Source: Trueperaceae bacterium
GTDB taxonomy: Bacteria; Deinococcota; Deinococci; Deinococcales; Trueperaceae
Reading direction: 5' to 3'
Length of the DNA: 60,667 nucleotides
Assembly: GCA_036381675.1 (NCBI GenBank)
Contig: DASVCK010000079.1
Coordinates: 1 to 60,667 of the forward strand
Below, piece by piece: positions 47,153 through 55,963 of this stretch. Under the pieces are notes generated by a model that saw only the letters and a program-made list of their open reading frames with translations, searched no databases and was not told where the DNA came from. The position numbers and the translations under genes were made by a program. How positions within the stretch are numbered: the stretch's first letter is position 1; every line of letters begins with the position of its first letter.

Positions 47153-49119
47153 CAGCCGGCACCGTCCGCGCCGCCGAGACCGGTGCGCTCCCAGGGGGCG
47201 ACGAGACGCTGCAACAGCCCGACGAGCGACACCAGCCCGATGCCCAACAGGGCCGAGATCACGAGGAGGATCCACACGTCCGCGACGTCCCCGGCCTGCA
47301 CCTGTCCGATGATCGCGTAGCCCAGGCCCAAGCGGTTGTTGGACTCCACCTCGGCCACGAGCGCACCCACCAGGGCAGCGGCCGCTCCCAGCTTGAGGCT
47401 GGTGAACAGGTACGGCACGGCGGCCGGGAACCTGAGCTTGAGGAACGACTGCAGCGGCGAGGCGGCGTAGGCCTTCATGAGGTCGAGGGCCAGCGGGTCC
47501 ACCGACCGGAGGCCGGTGACGGTACCGACGGTGACCGGGAAGAAGGCGATGTAGGCGCCCACGATCGCGGCCGGCACCAGGCTGGTCTGGACGGTCACGC
47601 CCATGTTCCCGAGGACCGCGACCAGGACGGGCACGAGCGCGATAACGGGGATCGTCTGCGAGGCGATGACCCACGGCAGAAGGGCCCGCTCGAAGGGCCG
47701 GACGCGGACGAACAGGACCGCCAGCAGCACGCCGATGAGAGTGCCGAAGGCGAGCGACACCAGCGTGCCCGCCGCCGTGTAGAGCGTGGCCCTGATGACG
47801 TTGCGGCTATCGGAGAAGGGATAGGCCGTGAAGAACGGCACGATCCTCTCGGCGATCCAGTTCGGGAACGGCACCGGATGCTGCGGCATGCTCAGGAAAC
47901 ACTCGAAGGCCGTGGCCCCGCATCCCGGCCGCGAGTAGTACGTGTACGACAGGGCCCATACCGGTTCGCCTGGGGCGGGTGGGGCGGCCAGCGTGATCGT
48001 GCCAGTGGAGGCGTCGCTGACCAGGTAGTCGGGGTGTTGCCTCAGCGCGGCGTTACGGGTCGGCGGCGTGGCGAAGGTGACCACGTTGCCGTCCCGCTGG
48101 TAATCCAGGTCCTCAACCAGCTGGCGTCCCTCGGCGGTCACGATGCCGTGGTCGGATGCGAACGTGAACGAGCGCTGGACGCCGTCGACCCTCTCGGCGG
48201 GCCGCTCGTCGCCGCCCGCGAGCTCGCGGCCGCCGACGAACAGGCGCCTTCCCGGGTCGCGCTCCAGCAGCGGCACGTGCTGCAACCGGAAGTCTCGGTT
48301 CTCCCCGTCGTAGGCGCCTGTCAGACCCTCCACGACCGCGACGTGCTCCAGAGCGATGCGCGGCGCGTCCTCGGCAGGCTCGGCCAGGACGATCGTGCCG
48401 GCGTCTTCGTCGAGCGACGCGTAGTCCCCGGTGATGAGGCGCACCGGGGCGTTGAAGGCGGGTGCCCGCGCGAACGTCACGACGTCGCCCGCGCGCTCGA
48501 AGCCTGCTCCCTCCACCACCGGAGCGTCACCCACGATGGCGACGGCGGCGTCCGGCGAGCCCGCGACCGCGTCCGCCAGGCCGGGCACCGTGAAGCTCGT
48601 CCGGACGCCGTCGGCGCGCTCGGTGGCGCTCAGCGAGCCCCTCACCAGGAGGGACCCGTCCAGGTAGAGCGGGGCGCCCGGCGGCGTCGCGTCGGGCAGC
48701 GCGTATACGCGGCCGCTCAGGTCAGGGTCCGGTCCCTCGACCGGCCCTGCCGCCGGGCCCAGCCTGACGGCAGGGCCGGGCAGGGGCGCCGGCAGCACGG
48801 CCTCGGTCCCCTCCACGCTCACGCCGGTCGCGAGGACCTCTTCGCCGCGCACGAGCACCGCGCTGCCACGCTGCAGGCCGCTCACGACGGCGTCCACCGT
48901 CGGGCCGGCACCGAGGGGCAGCCGCGACCCGCCGGCGTCAGCCTCCGCCACGGGCAGGGCCGCGACGCTCGCCCGCTCCCAGTTACTGAGGTTCTCCATG
49001 CGTTGCCTGGCCAGCGGCATGCCGAGCAGCAGCGCGACGGGGTACATGAGCGCCAGCAGCACGGCCACGACGCACACGACCGGCCATGCCCGGCGGAACC
49101 ACTGCCGTGCGGGCGCCAC
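47152..49119 (-). CDS. ABC permease (NitT/TauT family) fused to a ~400-aa extracytoplasmic, internally duplicated domain
   Basis: TM1 (WPVVCVVAVLLALMYPVALLL), then about 400 non-hydrophobic residues, then a permease core (...LMKAYAASPLQSFLKLRFPAAVPYLFTSLKLG...). Confidence 0.82.
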   Translation of the reverse strand: MAPARQWFRRAWPVVCVVAVLLALMYPVALLLGMPLARQRMENLSNWERASVAALPVAEADAGGSRLPLGAGPTVDAVVSGLQRGSAVLVRGEEVLATGVSVEGTEAVLPAPLPGPAVRLGPAAGPVEGPDPDLSGRVYALPDATPPGAPLYLDGSLLVRGSLSATERADGVRTSFTVPGLADAVAGSPDAAVAIVGDAPVVEGAGFERAGDVVTFARAPAFNAPVRLITGDYASLDEDAGTIVLAEPAEDAPRIALEHVAVVEGLTGAYDGENRDFRLQHVPLLERDPGRRLFVGGRELAGGDERPAERVDGVQRSFTFASDHGIVTAEGRQLVEDLDYQRDGNVVTFATPPTRNAALRQHPDYLVSDASTGTITLAAPPAPGEPVWALSYTYYSRPGCGATAFECFLSMPQHPVPFPNWIAERIVPFFTAYPFSDSRNVIRATLYTAAGTLVSLAFGTLIGVLLAVLFVRVRPFERALLPWVIASQTIPVIALVPVLVAVLGNMGVTVQTSLVPAAIVGAYIAFFPVTVGTVTGLRSVDPLALDLMKAYAASPLQSFLKLRFPAAVPYLFTSLKLGAAAALVGALVAEVESNNRLGLGYAIIGQVQAGDVADVWILLVISALLGIGLVSLVGLLQRLVAPWERTGLGGADGAG

Positions 49120-49122
49120 GCT

Positions 49123-49989
49123 CTAGTACCCTGCCGTCCGCTGCAGCGGCTGCTCGGCTGCGCTCGGCGCGTCTCCGCCGACGTGCGGCGCCCCCCTCAG
49201 AGCCTCGCGCACCTGTGTGGTCAGCTCGAAGAACCTCTCGCTCTCGCGGGTCTCGGCGGTGCGAGGGTACGGCAGGTCGACCTCGATGACCTCGCGGATC
49301 CGCCCCGGCCGCGGCGTCATGACCACGATGCGCGACGACAGGAAGACGGCCTCGGCGATCGAGTGAGTAACGAACACGACGGTCTTCCTAGTCTCCTGCC
49401 ACAGCCGCAGCAGCTCGAGGTTCATGGTCTCCCGGGTGATCTCGTCTAGCGCCCCGAAGGGCTCGTCCATCAGGAGCAGCTTGGGATCGAACGCCAGAGC
49501 CCTGGCTATAGAGACACGCTGCTGCATGCCGCCGGACAGCTGCCACGGGTAGGAGCGCTCGAAGCGCTCGAGGCCCACCATCTTCAGCAGCTCGCGCGCC
49601 CGCTCGCGGCGGCGCGCCTTCGGGTGGCCCATGATCTCCAGCGGCAGGGTCACGTTCGCGATGACGGTGCGCCATTCGTAGAGGACGGGCGCCTGGAAGA
49701 CGTAGCCGTACTCGCGGTCCTCCCGCGCCTGCCTGGGCGTCTTGCCTGCCACGGTTATCTCGCCCGAGGTGGGCTCAACGAGGTCGGCGACCAGGCGCAT
49801 GAGCGTCGTCTTCCCGCAGCCGGACGGACCGATGAGGCTCACGAAGTCGCCGTCCATCACCTCGAGGTTGGCGTCCTCGAGGGCGACTGCCTCACCCTTG
49901 CCGACCCGGAAGACCATGTCGACGGCCCTGACGCTGATGACCGGCGAGGTCACAGCTGACGTCGCGGTCCCGCCGCTTGGCTCAGCCAC
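49123..49989 (-). CDS. ABC transporter ATP-binding protein (NitT/TauT family)
   Basis: GPSGCGKTTLMRL, LSGGMQQRVSIARAL, LLLMDEPFGALD. Confidence 0.9.
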   Translation of the reverse strand: MAEPSGGTATSAVTSPVISVRAVDMVFRVGKGEAVALEDANLEVMDGDFVSLIGPSGCGKTTLMRLVADLVEPTSGEITVAGKTPRQAREDREYGYVFQAPVLYEWRTVIANVTLPLEIMGHPKARRRERARELLKMVGLERFERSYPWQLSGGMQQRVSIARALAFDPKLLLMDEPFGALDEITRETMNLELLRLWQETRKTVVFVTHSIAEAVFLSSRIVVMTPRPGRIREVIEVDLPYPRTAETRESERFFELTTQVREALRGAPHVGGDAPSAAEQPLQRTAGY

Positions 49990-51361
49990 CGATCGGCCGG
50001 CGCCTGAGCAGGCGACCCCGACCCGGTTCCCCGACGAACTCGCCGTCCCTGACGGCGACCTGCCCCCTGACCGTGACGACGCTCGGCTTGCCGTCGATGT
50101 CGAAGCCCTCGAAAGCGCTGTAGTCGACGTTCATCTTGTGCGTTGCCGCGCTGATCTTGCCGCGGTACTGAGGGTCGTAGACGACCAGGTCGGCGTCGGA
50201 TCCCACCGACACTGTGCCCTTCTGCGGGTAGAGGCCGAAGAGCTTGGCCGCGTTCGTGGACGCGACCTCGACGAAGCGCTCCAGCGAGAGCTCGCCGCGG
50301 CTCACCCCGTACGTGTACAGCAGGTTCACGCGGTCCTCGATCGCCGGCATCCCGTTGGGTATGCCGGTGAACGCGTCCTTGCCCATGGCCTTCTGCCCGA
50401 CGTCGAACGGGGCGTGGTCGGTGCCTACCGTGTCGATGAGGCCACGTGCCAGGGCCCGCCACAGAGCGCGCTGATCTTCCGGCGTGCGCAGCGGTGGGCT
50501 CATGACGTACTTCGCGCCCTCGAAGTTCGGGCGCTCGGCGTACGACCTGTCGAGGACGAGGTGGGGGATCACGGCCTCGATGCTCAGGTCGACGCCCCTC
50601 AGCTTGGCCTCTACGGCCTCCCGCAGCGCCTTGGCGTTCGAGAGGTGCACGACGTAGCCCTTCGCACCCGTGATCTCCAGGAACGTCGCGAACTTCGCGG
50701 TGCCTGCCGCCTCGACCACGTCCGGCCTGCTGGGCTCGTGCCACTCCGGTCCGGACTTGCCCTCGGCCAGGAGCGCCCGCTGCATCGCGGCGATCAGCCC
50801 CGAGTTCTCGCAGTGCGCGGTGACGATCACGCCCAGCTCCTTGGCGAGCTTGAGGGTCGAGTAGAGCTCCTCGTCCGTCACGCCGAAGAAGCCCTCGTAA
50901 GCCAGGAAGACCTTGAACGAGGTCATGCCGTCCGCCACCAGGTCGCGCAGCACGGACTCAGTCTCGTCGTCGAAGCGGGTCACGCCGATGTGGAACGTGT
51001 AATCGGACGCCGAGTTGCCCTCCGCCAGCTCGCGCCAGTGCGCGTAGCCCTTGCGCAGGTCCTCGTTGCGGCTGGGAGCGAGCATCTCTATGTACGTCGT
51101 CGTACCGCCGACGAGCGCCGCCTGCGAGCCGGTCGCGTGCGTGTCCTTGGTGACCGTGCCCATGAAAGGCAGGTGTATGTGCACGTGCGGGTCTATGAAG
51201 CCCGGGAAGACGTACTTGCCCGTCGCGTCGATGACCTCGGCACCGGGCGGAGCGCTGAGGTCCATGCCGAGTGCGGTGATGACCTCGTCCTCGCAGTAGA
51301 TGTCTGCCTTGACCCGGCCGCCTGCGGTGACGACCTCCCCGTTCTTGATCAGTAGACTCAT
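49982..51361 (-). CDS. Dihydropyrimidinase / D-hydantoinase
   Basis: MSLLIKNGEVV..., GFIDPHVHIHLPFMGT, GTDHAPF (cyclic amidohydrolase metal-ligand blocks). 459 aa. Confidence 0.9.
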   Translation of the reverse strand: MSLLIKNGEVVTAGGRVKADIYCEDEVITALGMDLSAPPGAEVIDATGKYVFPGFIDPHVHIHLPFMGTVTKDTHATGSQAALVGGTTTYIEMLAPSRNEDLRKGYAHWRELAEGNSASDYTFHIGVTRFDDETESVLRDLVADGMTSFKVFLAYEGFFGVTDEELYSTLKLAKELGVIVTAHCENSGLIAAMQRALLAEGKSGPEWHEPSRPDVVEAAGTAKFATFLEITGAKGYVVHLSNAKALREAVEAKLRGVDLSIEAVIPHLVLDRSYAERPNFEGAKYVMSPPLRTPEDQRALWRALARGLIDTVGTDHAPFDVGQKAMGKDAFTGIPNGMPAIEDRVNLLYTYGVSRGELSLERFVEVASTNAAKLFGLYPQKGTVSVGSDADLVVYDPQYRGKISAATHKMNVDYSAFEGFDIDGKPSVVTVRGQVAVRDGEFVGEPGRGRLLRRRPIGG

Positions 51362-51389
51362 GCGTTCCCTTGCACCCTCTCCCGTTTCG

Positions 51390-52781
51390 TCAGTGGATGT
51401 CTATGCCGACCTCGGCGCGGTACGCGTTCATGGCGTCCCAGTCGGTCGTGACGTCGGGGCGGGTTCGCACCAGCTCGTTCCACGTCACGCTGCCCCGCAC
51501 CGGCGGCACCTCGACCATCGTGATGCAGTCCTCCACCGGGCATACCAGGCTGCACAGGTCGCAGCCCACGCAGTCCTCCTCGCGCACCTTCGGTTGCGGC
51601 TTCGGCCCCTGCGGTCCCACCCCGGCGTTCAGGCTGGCCCGTACCCCCGCGTAGGCGGCAGGGTCGATCCTCGCCCCGTCTACCGTCAGGTCGATGCACT
51701 GGTGTGCGCCCTCGTCGCAGGCGACGTAGCACAGGTTGCATTGGATGCACTTGTCCTCGTCTATGCGAGCGACGGTCTTGAACGACAGGTCGAAGTCCCC
51801 GAAGTCGGAGACTCGGTGCGTCGATGCCCCGATGACCTCTTTGACGCTGCACGCCCCCTTGGCGTCGAGCCAGTTCGACAGGCCGTCCGTCAGGTCCTCG
51901 ATGAGCCTGAACCCGTAGTGCATGACGGCCGTGCACACCTGTATCGAGGTGGCGCCCAGCAGCAGGAACTCCGCGGCGTCGCGCCATGTCTGGACGCCGC
52001 CCATGCCCGAGATGGGCACGCCGGCTGCTTTGACCTCGTCGTCGATCGCCACCTGCGAGAGCATGTGCAGCGCGATCGGCTTCACGGCTGGTCCGGCGTA
52101 GCCGCCGTGTCCGCCCTTGCCGCCGATGTTGGGGCGCAGCTCGAAGCTGTCGAGGTCCACGCCGACGATCGAGTTGATCGTGTTGATGAGCGAGATCCCG
52201 TTCGCCCGGCCCGCGACGGCAGCGCGAGCCGGCTTGGTGATGTCGGTGACGTTGGGCGTCAGCTTGACGATGACGGGTATCGAGGCGGCCTCGGTCACCC
52301 AGCTGGTGATCAGCGAGCAGTACTCGGGCACCTGCCCGACCGCGGCGCCCATGCCGCGCTCCGACATCCCGTGGGGGCAACCGTAGTTGAGCTCGATGGC
52401 GTCGGCCCCGGTGTCCTCGATCTGCTGGACGATCTTCTGCCACGCCTCGGGGTTCGACGAGACCATCGCGGACACGACGACGGCTCTGTCCGGCCACAGC
52501 TTCTTGACCTCTGCGATCTCCTTGAGGTTCACCTCGAGGGGCCTGTCGGAGATCAGCTCGACGTTGTTGATGGCGACGAGCCTGTTGCCGCCGAACTCGA
52601 ACGCGCCGTAGCGGTTGCTGACGTTGAGGACGGGGTCGCCGATCGTCTTCCACACGGCTCCGCCCCAGCCGTACTCGAAGGCCTTGTTGATCTGGTACGC
52701 GGTGTTCGTGGGCGGCGCGGACGCCAGCCAGAACGGGTTGGGTGAGCGCACCCCCGCGAAGTCGATGCTGAGGTCAGCCAC
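51390..52781 (-). CDS. preA: NAD-dependent dihydropyrimidine dehydrogenase subunit PreA (DHOD-like domain plus 2x[4Fe-4S])
   Basis: FAGVRSPNPFWLASAPPTNT..., ELNYGCPHGMSERGMGAAVGQ, C-terminal CIQCNLCYVAC and CVGCDLCSLVCP. Confidence 0.9.
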   Translation of the reverse strand: MADLSIDFAGVRSPNPFWLASAPPTNTAYQINKAFEYGWGGAVWKTIGDPVLNVSNRYGAFEFGGNRLVAINNVELISDRPLEVNLKEIAEVKKLWPDRAVVVSAMVSSNPEAWQKIVQQIEDTGADAIELNYGCPHGMSERGMGAAVGQVPEYCSLITSWVTEAASIPVIVKLTPNVTDITKPARAAVAGRANGISLINTINSIVGVDLDSFELRPNIGGKGGHGGYAGPAVKPIALHMLSQVAIDDEVKAAGVPISGMGGVQTWRDAAEFLLLGATSIQVCTAVMHYGFRLIEDLTDGLSNWLDAKGACSVKEVIGASTHRVSDFGDFDLSFKTVARIDEDKCIQCNLCYVACDEGAHQCIDLTVDGARIDPAAYAGVRASLNAGVGPQGPKPQPKVREEDCVGCDLCSLVCPVEDCITMVEVPPVRGSVTWNELVRTRPDVTTDWDAMNAYRAEVGIDIH

Positions 52782-54243
52782 TTACCCCTCCGAGAGGTCC
52801 GGGTTCGTTGACGGGAGGCTGCGTGAGGATGGGCCTGCCGTTTGGGACGCCAAGAGGCTGCGGCGGTACCTCGACGCCCAGCTGCCTCGCCACGGCCGCC
52901 GCCGCGATCTTGCCGTCCTGCGCGGCTGTCACGGTCAGCGCGTGTCCCGTGACCCTGGTGCAGTCACCAGCCGCGAAGACCTTGGGATTAGAGGTGCGCA
53001 GCTCGGCGTCCGACCGGACGTAGCCGTGAGTGATCTCGACCCCGAACTGGGCGAGCAGGTCGAGGTGCTTCTCCTGGCCGATCGCCAGGATCACCTGGTC
53101 GGCCGGCAGCACGAACTCGCTGCCTGTCACGGGCTCAGGCCGGCGCCTGCCGCTGTCGTCCGGCTCCCCCAGCGCCATGCGCACGCACCGCAAGCCGGTG
53201 ACGCGGCCGCCCTCTCCCAGCACCTCGACCGGCTGCGTCAGCAGGCGGATGTCCACGCCCTCGTTACGAACGAACGCGACCTCGAAGTCGTAGGCGGGCA
53301 TCTCCTCGCGCCCCCTCCGGTAGACCATCGTCACGCGCTCGGCGCCCAAGCGGCTGGCGATAGTGGCGGCATCTATGGCCGTGTTGCCGGCTCCGACGAC
53401 GATGACCTCCCGGCCCACGGGCACGTCGTAGAGGTGCGCCAAGCCGTCCTTCTCGGCCATCTTCGTGGCGGCGATGAAGTCGAGGGCGTCGGTGACGCCC
53501 CCCAAGTCCTCGCCGGGGATGCCCAGCTTGGGCACCTTCCCGGTCCCGGCAGCGATGACGACGGCATCGTGGTCGGCGATCAGGCGTTGGGGGTCGAGGT
53601 CCTCCCCTACCTGCACGCCCGTGTGGACGTGGACGCCGAGCCGCCTGACGAACTCGACCTCTTCGAGGGAGACGGCCACCGGCTCCCGCATGACGACGAT
53701 GCCGTACGTCGAGAGGCCCCCGGGCAGCTCGTTCTTCTCGTAGACGTGCGCCTCGATCCCCAGCTTCGCCAGCTCGCCGGCGCACGACAGCCCGGCCGGG
53801 CCGCCACCGACGATCGCGACGCGCTTCCCGGTTGGGGGCGCCGGCTCGAAGGGCATGGCGCCGGCCTCGAACAGGTGATCGGTCGCGTAGCGTTGCAGGC
53901 GGCCGATGGCGATGGGCCGGTGCTCGGCGCCGAGCACGCAGGCGCCCACGCACAGCTCGTCAACCGGGCAGACCCGGCCGCAGCTGTGGCCCATGAGGTT
54001 CGACTCGAGGATCGTCGTGGCCGCTCCGAGCACGTTGCCAGTGGCGATCTTGCGGATGAACGTGGGAACGTCGATGTCCGTAGGGCACGCCTTGATGCAG
54101 GGTGCGTCGAAGCAGTACAGGCACCGGCTCGCCTCGACGAACGCCTCGTTCTCCGTGTAGCGAGGGTAGGTCTCGGTGAAGGCGTCCTGGAGCTGCTCCA
54201 ACGAGAGCGGCGAGCTGTCCATCTTCAGAACGTCCGGCTCCAC
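52774..54243 (-). CDS. preT: Dihydropyrimidine dehydrogenase subunit PreT (GltD-like NAD(P)H flavoprotein)
   Basis: EASRCLYCFDAPCIKACPTDIDVPTFI, VAIVGGGPAGLSCAGELAKLG, VIVVGAGNTAIDAA. Confidence 0.9.
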   Translation of the reverse strand: MEPDVLKMDSSPLSLEQLQDAFTETYPRYTENEAFVEASRCLYCFDAPCIKACPTDIDVPTFIRKIATGNVLGAATTILESNLMGHSCGRVCPVDELCVGACVLGAEHRPIAIGRLQRYATDHLFEAGAMPFEPAPPTGKRVAIVGGGPAGLSCAGELAKLGIEAHVYEKNELPGGLSTYGIVVMREPVAVSLEEVEFVRRLGVHVHTGVQVGEDLDPQRLIADHDAVVIAAGTGKVPKLGIPGEDLGGVTDALDFIAATKMAEKDGLAHLYDVPVGREVIVVGAGNTAIDAATIASRLGAERVTMVYRRGREEMPAYDFEVAFVRNEGVDIRLLTQPVEVLGEGGRVTGLRCVRMALGEPDDSGRRRPEPVTGSEFVLPADQVILAIGQEKHLDLLAQFGVEITHGYVRSDAELRTSNPKVFAAGDCTRVTGHALTVTAAQDGKIAAAAVARQLGVEVPPQPLGVPNGRPILTQPPVNEPGPLGGVSG

Positions 54244-55709
54244 TGCTTGGGCCAGCGCTCGATGACGACCTTGGTCTGCGTGTAGAACTCGAATCCGTGG
54301 TGAGCCTGGGCGTGCAGGTCGCCGAAGAAGCTGTCGCTCCAGCCGCTGAAGGGGAAGAACGCCATGGGCGCTGCGACCCCGAGGTTGATACCGATGTTGC
54401 CGGCGATGGCGTTGTGCCTGAAGTGCCTGGCGGCGGCGCCGGAGGACGTGAAGATGCTGGCCTGGTTCCCGAAGCGCCGGTCGTTGACGATGGCGATGGC
54501 CTCGTCGAGGTCACGGGCATGCATAAGGGCCAGCACCGGGCCGAAGACCTCGTTCGTGGCGATCGTGCTGGTGGGGTCCACCTGGTCGAGCACCGTGGGA
54601 TGGACGAAGTAGCCGTCCCTGAAGCCGTCGACCTCCTTCTGGCGGCCGTCGACGAGGGCCCTGGCGCCCTCCTTGAGACCCTGGTCAACCAGGGAGCTGA
54701 TGCGCTGCTTCGACTCCAAGCTGATGACGGGGCCCATCTCGACGCCCTCGTCCAGCCCATAGCCCACCCTGCGCGCTTCCGCGGCGGCGGTGATGCGCTC
54801 GGTGAACTCGTCCCTGGCCGCGCCGACGGTAACGACGGCTGACGTTGCCAGGCACCGCTGACCGGCGCAGCCAAAGGCGGAGTCCGCCAGGATGCGCGTC
54901 GACATCTCCATGTCGGCGTCGGGCAGCACCACGGCGGGGTTCTTCGCCCCGCCCTGGCACTGGGCCCGCTTGCCGCTGGCGGCGGCGCGCGAGTAGATGT
55001 ACTTGGCCACGGGCGTCGAGCCGACGAACGAGACGGCCTTGACGTCAGGGTGGTCGAGGATCGCGTCGACGGTCTCCTTGCCGCCGTTCACCAGGCCGAC
55101 CACGCCAGCCGGGAAGCCGGCCTCCTCGAACAGCCGGAAGAGGAGCTGCGTGGTCATGGGCACCTTCTCGCTCGGCTTGAGCAGGAAGCAGTTGCCTGCG
55201 GCCACCGCGTACGGCATGAACCACAGCGGGATCATGCCGGGGAAGTTGAACGGCGTGATGGCGGCGACCACTCCCAGCGGCTGGCGGATCATGTGCTCGT
55301 CGATGCCGTGGGCGATGTCCTCGTTGTTGGTGCCCTGCATCATGATCGGGGCACCGCAAGCGACCTCGACGTTCTCTATCCCGCGCGCCATCTCGGCGAA
55401 CGACTCGCCGTACGTCTTGCCGGCCTCGTTCGTGATGGTCCGCGCCAGCTCGGCCTGGTGGGCGACGAGGAGGTCACGGAGCTTGAAGAGCGGCTTGATG
55501 CGGTCCACGACCGGGGTCTCACGCCAGCCCGGGAAGGCCTCCTTGGCCGCCTTCACGGCGGCGTCGACCTCTTCGGCCGGGCTGAGGGGAACCATGGCGA
55601 TGGTCTCGGCCGTCGCCGGGTTGCGAACCGGGCTCGTGCTGCCAGCCTGCGACCTCGTCCACTGGCCGCCAACGTAGTTGAGAAGGACTTCTGCCTGTGC
55701 CTCTATCAT
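54225..55709 (-). CDS. mmsA: CoA-acylating methylmalonate/malonate-semialdehyde dehydrogenase
   Basis: ITPFNFPGMIPLWFMPYAVAAGNCFLLKPSEKVP, catalytic Cys context GQRCLA. 494 aa. Confidence 0.9.
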   Translation of the reverse strand: MIEAQAEVLLNYVGGQWTRSQAGSTSPVRNPATAETIAMVPLSPAEEVDAAVKAAKEAFPGWRETPVVDRIKPLFKLRDLLVAHQAELARTITNEAGKTYGESFAEMARGIENVEVACGAPIMMQGTNNEDIAHGIDEHMIRQPLGVVAAITPFNFPGMIPLWFMPYAVAAGNCFLLKPSEKVPMTTQLLFRLFEEAGFPAGVVGLVNGGKETVDAILDHPDVKAVSFVGSTPVAKYIYSRAAASGKRAQCQGGAKNPAVVLPDADMEMSTRILADSAFGCAGQRCLATSAVVTVGAARDEFTERITAAAEARRVGYGLDEGVEMGPVISLESKQRISSLVDQGLKEGARALVDGRQKEVDGFRDGYFVHPTVLDQVDPTSTIATNEVFGPVLALMHARDLDEAIAIVNDRRFGNQASIFTSSGAAARHFRHNAIAGNIGINLGVAAPMAFFPFSGWSDSFFGDLHAQAHHGFEFYTQTKVVIERWPKQWSRTF

Positions 55710-55963
55710 TCCGCTGCTCCGTCTCCGGGTATGGGGTAACTGCGGCCTCGTCCGCTTCGGGCGAGCCGGTACCGGTTTTAGGTTGGCGGCATTGTACGCC
55801 TAGCCCTGCCTGCCGGGACGAAGGGTGGACGTGGAACTCAGTCGAAGTCCACATCCATCGCTCGGCCCGTGACCGCAAGCTGTGAACATCGGTCCCAGGC
55901 TCTGCGCCTCGTTGGTACGCTTTCGCCCGTAGGTCAGCCAGAGCGTGGACCCGGAGGTGAACC

